From Bacillota bacterium (GTDB lineage: Bacteria; Bacillota; Proteinivoracia; UBA4975; VEMY01): a DNA stretch of 64,000 bases. Where the stretch lies: the NCBI GenBank assembly GCA_009711825.1, contig VEMY01000009.1:14283-78282 (forward strand). Reading direction: 5' to 3'. The notes beneath the pieces were generated by a model that made no database searches, was not told where the DNA came from, and worked only from the letters and a program-made list of their open reading frames with translations. Positions 58,821 to 64,000 of the stretch are shown in pieces (position 1 is the stretch's first letter; every line of letters starts with the position of its first letter). Made by a program: the position numbers and the translations under genes.

Positions 58821-60659
58821 TCACTGATTGCAGATTTCTTTAAAGAAGCCTATGTCTTTATCTTTAAGCGTTCCAACAACTACGCCTCGATCTAACAGAC
58901 GGTTACCAGATTCGCAGCAGGTTTCCGGGAGCAAAGAACAATTGTGACAAGCAGCAAGATTACATGATTCTGGCCCCTGCCCAGCAGACTGAATACAAAT
59001 GGGGTCAGACGTGCACCACTGCGCATTTTTCACAGCATCAACTATGGTATCCTCGATACGACCAGTCTCGCCCTGACGAACCAAGCCGCCAAGCGATCCT
59101 TCAGAATCACCAGAAGCCGTATAAATTAATACCCCATACATTTTGTGTTCATTGTGCGTCTTCTCGCAATAGATACGTTCGCGAAGCGCTGAGCTCCCAT
59201 ACCCGCAGTCAAAGCTAAATTGATTAACTAGCAAATGTGCAAAGGTATGAATTAATACAAATTCAGGGCGAAGATTACCTTCGGCTCTTTGCCCGAAATT
59301 GGATTCTTTGTGTGCGCGATTCAATGTTTCAATACGTTCCCGTACATTTCTTTTTTGCGCCCATCGCTGTAGCTCCTCCACATTAAATTCGAAGAAGATA
59401 CCTTCGCCGTATATTTCAATAGCTGGTAACCAATTCTCGCTACCGGTTCGAAGCAATTTTTTCCTTTCGGACACAGCAGCATCATTTGGTTCCAATCGGG
59501 AGAATCCAACAAATGCACGTGTTTCACGAAGTTTCGGCACCAGTGATATGCTCTTAAAATATCTCCTTATTATCGGATTGTAGCGGTCAATGGGATAATT
59601 TTTCGAGTGAAAGTCCTGCGCATCGCTTCCGCTATCCTTGATTAGTACTTTATACTCCGCAAGGCGGTACTCGTCTTCTGACGTCTCTTCAGTAACATCT
59701 GATATACCTTTGATGTTTGCTTCACGATTAAGGAAAGCCATATAAAGAGTATCGCGCTCAATTCCGAAGTTGTCGGCAAGGTAATTTATTATCTCACGAT
59801 TCCATTCTCCATTGACCCGATGGGTTCTCAGCTTGTTATAATGCAAATCAAGAATACCAACAACCTTACGGCTGGTCGATTCATCGTCCGTTGGGATATG
59901 AATGGAGCTGCGATTATCTGCGAACCAGACATTTGTAGCACCTCTCAGAAGAACTTTTATATCTTCATTGCCGCAAATGTGTTCATCATCACCCTCAATA
60001 CCGAGCCAAGGTTTTGCACCTTTACATATGTAAGCAATTCTTTGAAGGGCGCCTGGGCGGGTTGCGCCGGCAATGGACTTTCTGGCTCCACAAGAACACT
60101 CGTAAAACACACCTGTGAGGGCAGCTGACGTGCCGCCTGTACTCCTGCGGATTTTGCAGGTGTCCGGGCTATATGGATGATCCTCTCCATTGTGCAGCCA
60201 TTCGGCCACGGGAAAATCATCAATATGCCCCTCGGGACATACTACTACAAAACGTTCTGGCACCAGCTTTTTCTTCCTGTACTTCGGGTTACATTTTCTA
60301 CCATTCGGCCATTGGTGACCATCACATTCTGGGTGTGGTTCATAGTAGGTGGTTTTGCGCATGGTTCCACAAAAGGGGCAATAATGCCAAGTTGGGAATC
60401 TAACAGCAGGTATCTTAAGGTGACAATTTTCCGGATCTGCGTTGTGTTCTCTGAAATCTGGTGGCCAGCGCAACTCTTTTACGCCAAGTCTTTTTTGCAA
60501 ACGCTCATCCTCAATAAGGAAAGGATGAATGTTATTATATCGCCACATATCAAGTCCGGCAATCATCAACGACTCATCGTTTGGGAATGGGACAATGGCA
60601 CCTACTCCCCACGGACCAATTAAGGCACTTCGCCGAATAGGTCTGTTTGAATATGCCAT
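58821..60659 (-). CDS. DUF1998-domain protein, DISARM DrmB-like
   Basis: 612 aa from ATG 60659 (AAGGAGG within the end of the upstream gene). N-terminus RRSALIGPWGVGAIVPF...GLDMW, zinc-ribbon-like CPFCGT, VVVCPEGHIDDFPVAEW, and C-terminal CNLAACHNCSLLPETCCESGNRLLDR, the DUF1998 Cys cluster. Confidence 0.8.
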   Translation of the reverse strand: MAYSNRPIRRSALIGPWGVGAIVPFPNDESLMIAGLDMWRYNNIHPFLIEDERLQKRLGVKELRWPPDFREHNADPENCHLKIPAVRFPTWHYCPFCGTMRKTTYYEPHPECDGHQWPNGRKCNPKYRKKKLVPERFVVVCPEGHIDDFPVAEWLHNGEDHPYSPDTCKIRRSTGGTSAALTGVFYECSCGARKSIAGATRPGALQRIAYICKGAKPWLGIEGDDEHICGNEDIKVLLRGATNVWFADNRSSIHIPTDDESTSRKVVGILDLHYNKLRTHRVNGEWNREIINYLADNFGIERDTLYMAFLNREANIKGISDVTEETSEDEYRLAEYKVLIKDSGSDAQDFHSKNYPIDRYNPIIRRYFKSISLVPKLRETRAFVGFSRLEPNDAAVSERKKLLRTGSENWLPAIEIYGEGIFFEFNVEELQRWAQKRNVRERIETLNRAHKESNFGQRAEGNLRPEFVLIHTFAHLLVNQFSFDCGYGSSALRERIYCEKTHNEHKMYGVLIYTASGDSEGSLGGLVRQGETGRIEDTIVDAVKNAQWCTSDPICIQSAGQGPESCNLAACHNCSLLPETCCESGNRLLDRGVVVGTLKDKDIGFFKEICNQ

Positions 60660-60661
60660 TT

Positions 60662-63600
60662 CTAGTCCTCCTTTGTCGTATATCGGTTGGCGAGCACATC
60701 TGCTTCGCAAGATGCATCTACACTGCGCATGGATGACGGGGTTTCCATACCACGTTGCCCCCAAGCTTCATTCCTGTGACCTCCAGCAAAATACATCAAC
60801 GGCACAACATTACCATAAGACCAGTCCCTGTTACGCTCTGGCTCCCATTTCTGAGGATTCCAATCCTCCCAACGCTGGATGATGTGTTCCATTTGTGTAA
60901 GAGTGGCTTCCAACTCGTCAGGGTCAATAGCCTCGATTCGGTTTTCAATAACTTGGCGTATATGATTGTAAAGAGCCTCATCTGGCAGGTGTGGAGGGTC
61001 AGCATTGAAAGCTGCATCGCCCTTCAATCGCATCATACCAATCATTATTGCATGGAGGGCCCGCTCCCGAACCGGAGCAGAGAATGGGGTAACACTGGTC
61101 GGCTCTACATTGCAATATACACGAGAATGATATCCCTTAAAATGCTCATAGTGTGATTTATCTCTCGGCCTGCCTGGACGATACAGGACAAACACAATAC
61201 CTGGAGCTTTTGCAGGATTTCGGCCTACGCGGCTGGTCGCCTGTATATATTCAGACGTGGTCTTTGGCTGACCTGCAACCGTCATTAGACCTAATCTCGG
61301 AACATCTAGGCCAACAGAAATCATGTTGGTTGCCAGACAGATGTCAATAGGATGTTCTCTGACCTTTCCGTTTTCATCAAGCTCTGCCGGGTATCGAGTG
61401 TTCAGATTCGCTAGGCTGGCTGTAACTTTATCTCCAGCGATCCGACTGGTCAGTTCTTCGTCGCAATAAATGTATCTCCTACGCTTATTATATTCCTCTT
61501 TGGAGTACCGCTTATTGTAATATCTGCGCTTGTACATCACGTCAAGATGCTGATCGATGTCTGCGCGAATCCAGGTGGCGGCTTGTCCGAGCTCGCGAAT
61601 ACTGTTGAAGTAGCCCACGTTGGTCCAATAAGGATCTCTGTGGGTTTCGTCGCCAACATCCATTGCTTTGGCACCATACAACAAAGCCGAAAACAGACGT
61701 ATGGCCGTCGTGGTGTCCGAGGGGGAGCCAGTGGCCAAGATTCCAACATATTGACGACCATTTTGCTTCCGATCTTCCTTAGCAAAAAAGGAATTCCCTG
61801 CATCAAGGCCGGAAGGAGGGAACTGGAATACCTTACTGGTCCCACAACCATACAGTGAATGACACTGCTCCTTTGCACGACTGATTGTAGCCGTAGAGGC
61901 GATCACCTTCGGACGAATTTCCCTGCCGTTCGCTCTTGTTGTGCACAACTCGCTTATCAATGTCTCATAATGACCAACCATAGAGCCTAACGGGCCTGCA
62001 ATCAGATGCAGCTCGTCCTGAATGATAAGGTCAGGAGATGTCACCTTTATCCCGTCCTTATATCCAAAGAGGCCCTGTGCCTGAGGACGAAAAGGGAGCA
62101 TAGCAAACTTATCCACAGTCCCCAAAAGCAATGTGGGTGTGGATTCATAAATGCTATCATCTATAACATACATAGGAAGAGCATAGCTGCCTGTAGAGAA
62201 ATCACAAGCATTTTCTGTATTTCTGCACTGAAAAATGATCCTGTATTTGCCTTGTTGTCCTCTGGCTTTTCTATATCCAGGAGTCTCATAGATACCATGC
62301 TTTCGCTCAACAACTCCCATTTGCGCACCGCACCAAGGGCATTTGAGCACGACAAAAGGGTTGCTGCCGCCACTGTTTTTCATTTTATTGTATTTCTTCA
62401 CGGCATCATCCATTTTGTTAGGGGTCGTCGTGCCACCAACCCATAATCCAATACTGATCCTCGCCTTCCCATACAAATCTTCGTGATCTCTCCGAATCAG
62501 GTCGCAGGCGCAAATCATAGCAGCTGCACGTTCGTACTGTTGTGCTGTCAATAATCGCAACGTATATCTCATCAGGATGGCCGTTCCGGAATCATTCTTG
62601 TCCATAAGCCTTCTGATAAAAATCGCATAGGCCGACAGCCCAAGATAGGCCTCGGTTTTTCCTCCGCCGGTGGGAAACCAGATTAAATCAACAATCTCGC
62701 GTTCATCGCAGCTGCGGTCATACATAGAATGTAAATTCATTAGAATAAACGCGAGCTGAAATGGCCTCCATTTACCGTATTTATCCTTTTCTCCATACCA
62801 CGTGTTTTTATCGGTCACAGAAGGCAAGGTTTTTATAGGATCTACAAGGCGAATATCTCGAACTCCGTCATCCTCCCATTTTTGCAGAGGAAGATTATAG
62901 TGCAACTGCTGCATGAGCATGGCGAGATTCATGTGCTGAAAAGCCGTGCGAATCAACTTGTTTTCTTCCAAGAGCTTCACTCCGCTGCGCATACGGTTTA
63001 GGCAGGATTTGCAGTTTTCAATATGCCTTTCGGCCGTGCGGACATATCTGCCCTCCAGCTTTGACTTTTCGATCTCGAGACGGTTAATCCACTTCCCGTA
63101 CTCGGTGCACATGAGTTCCAGTTCGCGGACTGTATCCTCGAAGTCACCATGGGGACTCATTCCACGCATATCAAGTGTTACACCGGGAATAGTGCTCGGA
63201 ACAATAGGCTTTATCTCGTATGAGGGGAACACAGCGGATGAAATCCAGGATACTTTTTCAGCCGATTCGTCCCAATCGGCCGCACATCCATGCCCGATAG
63301 CATAATTGTGTACGTTGCGATAGAGCAGTTGGTTTGAGTCATAATCATTGTCCTGTGTATTGATACGCTGACTATTGGGTAGCGGGCAAAATCCCAGCTC
63401 CGAGTAGAGTTTAAACTTCACCTGAAAGAAACAATCGTCGTCCTTTACGGCATTTCCATCGTTCCTGTTTGTGTTTTCCAAGGTGAAAGTATAAATGGAG
63501 TAATCACCTCTGTTGTAGCGGTACGTCATGTCAAATTGCAGTCCCCGTGTGCCTGAAGGTATTTTGACTATGCCGTCCTGGGGTGATGGTAAATCAATGG

Positions 63601-64000
63601 GTTTTCCCTCATTATTCCAGAAGATTGCCCTTCGAGGGTATCGAACAATATCATTACCAGTAACCTTATCGGCCAATTTCAAAGTAGTATATACGCCTGC
63701 AGAGACCTCAATGTGAATTGTATCATTCTTTTTGAGAGCAGCGGTTAGGCTGATTGCCGACTGTCTATATGCATTGGAACGATTAATCAGCTCTTCGGCA
63801 TCCTCAAGATACTCTGTGCCATCTCCCGACCCTTTAGTCCAAGAATCAGGCTCTCCGGGATCTTCACGATCGTCTCCTCCGGCTTCTATTCCTTCTTCTT
63901 CCCGCGTTTCGGCATCACTATCAGTTGTCTTATGAGGAAATAGTACTCCTGCAATATAGCGAGTACGTGGCGGGTCAGTCATAAGAACTTCTTCACCATT
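60662..64000 (-). CDS. Large SF2 helicase, DISARM DrmA-like (probably 5'-truncated by the window edge)
   Basis: Motif I WFPTGGGKTEAYL (62651-62680), motif II IIQDELHL (62006-62017 region), ASTATIS, QATSRVGR. N-terminal RYIAGVLFP region. First in-window ATG is at 63982, but the frame stays open to nt 64000 and that ATG has no good RBS. Confidence 0.8.
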   Translation of the reverse strand, partial: NGEEVLMTDPPRTRYIAGVLFPHKTTDSDAETREEEGIEAGGDDREDPGEPDSWTKGSGDGTEYLEDAEELINRSNAYRQSAISLTAALKKNDTIHIEVSAGVYTTLKLADKVTGNDIVRYPRRAIFWNNEGKPIDLPSPQDGIVKIPSGTRGLQFDMTYRYNRGDYSIYTFTLENTNRNDGNAVKDDDCFFQVKFKLYSELGFCPLPNSQRINTQDNDYDSNQLLYRNVHNYAIGHGCAADWDESAEKVSWISSAVFPSYEIKPIVPSTIPGVTLDMRGMSPHGDFEDTVRELELMCTEYGKWINRLEIEKSKLEGRYVRTAERHIENCKSCLNRMRSGVKLLEENKLIRTAFQHMNLAMLMQQLHYNLPLQKWEDDGVRDIRLVDPIKTLPSVTDKNTWYGEKDKYGKWRPFQLAFILMNLHSMYDRSCDEREIVDLIWFPTGGGKTEAYLGLSAYAIFIRRLMDKNDSGTAILMRYTLRLLTAQQYERAAAMICACDLIRRDHEDLYGKARISIGLWVGGTTTPNKMDDAVKKYNKMKNSGGSNPFVVLKCPWCGAQMGVVERKHGIYETPGYRKARGQQGKYRIIFQCRNTENACDFSTGSYALPMYVIDDSIYESTPTLLLGTVDKFAMLPFRPQAQGLFGYKDGIKVTSPDLIIQDELHLIAGPLGSMVGHYETLISELCTTRANGREIRPKVIASTATISRAKEQCHSLYGCGTSKVFQFPPSGLDAGNSFFAKEDRKQNGRQYVGILATGSPSDTTTAIRLFSALLYGAKAMDVGDETHRDPYWTNVGYFNSIRELGQAATWIRADIDQHLDVMYKRRYYNKRYSKEEYNKRRRYIYCDEELTSRIAGDKVTASLANLNTRYPAELDENGKVREHPIDICLATNMISVGLDVPRLGLMTVAGQPKTTSEYIQATSRVGRNPAKAPGIVFVLYRPGRPRDKSHYEHFKGYHSRVYCNVEPTSVTPFSAPVRERALHAIMIGMMRLKGDAAFNADPPHLPDEALYNHIRQVIENRIEAIDPDELEATLTQMEHIIQRWEDWNPQKWEPERNRDWSYGNVVPLMYFAGGHRNEAWGQRGMETPSSMRSVDASCEADVLANRYTTKED

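Overview
Chromosomal segment from a Gram-positive-type anaerobe, judged from strong GGAGG-type RBSs and many ATGA/TAATG-coupled genes. Core G+C is roughly 50-58% by eye. I call about 59 protein genes and see no rRNA, tRNA, CRISPR array, transposase or integrase. Left to right: (i) 0.2-11.7 kb: a PucR regulator, then an operon of DUF2877, FdrA, DUF1116, a cytosine-deaminase-like amidohydrolase, a permease, an AtzD/barbiturase-type ring-opening amidohydrolase, an NCS2 permease and carbamate kinase. (ii) 12-19.5 kb: miscellaneous genes (Fe-ADH, XRE + membrane pair, exported PHP esterase, APH-like kinase, GT51 transglycosylase, YtrA-type GntR + ABC-2 exporter). (iii) 19.6-29.0 kb: a GalNAc/tagatose-type amino-sugar operon (HutC-type GntR, agaS, nagA, class II aldolase, PfkB kinase) that uses an ascorbate-family PTS and two MtnX-like HAD paralogs. 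(iv) 29.5-36.7 kb: a low-GC lac/cel-family PTS islet bounded by a direct repeat of the cysS 3' end. (v) cysS, an LTA-synthase-like sulfatase and a Phd-Uma2 fusion. (vi) 41.0-48.4 kb: a second, paralogous PucR / FdrA / DUF1116 / permease / DUF2877 cluster. (vii) A seven-repeat lipoprotein, a beta-lactamase-like hydrolase, AraC/GyrI, a methyltransferase and a TetR + hydrolase pair. (viii) 55.2-64.0 kb: a lower-GC defence-type island, with a PLD / SF2-helicase / DUF3427 fusion coupled to a HIT hydrolase, convergent with a DISARM-like DrmA/DrmB pair that runs off the window. The best candidates for something undescribed are the helicase-HIT / DrmAB island and the operon combining a cyclic-amide hydrolase, the FdrA module and carbamate kinase. 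All calls rest on motif recognition by eye; no database search or computation was run.
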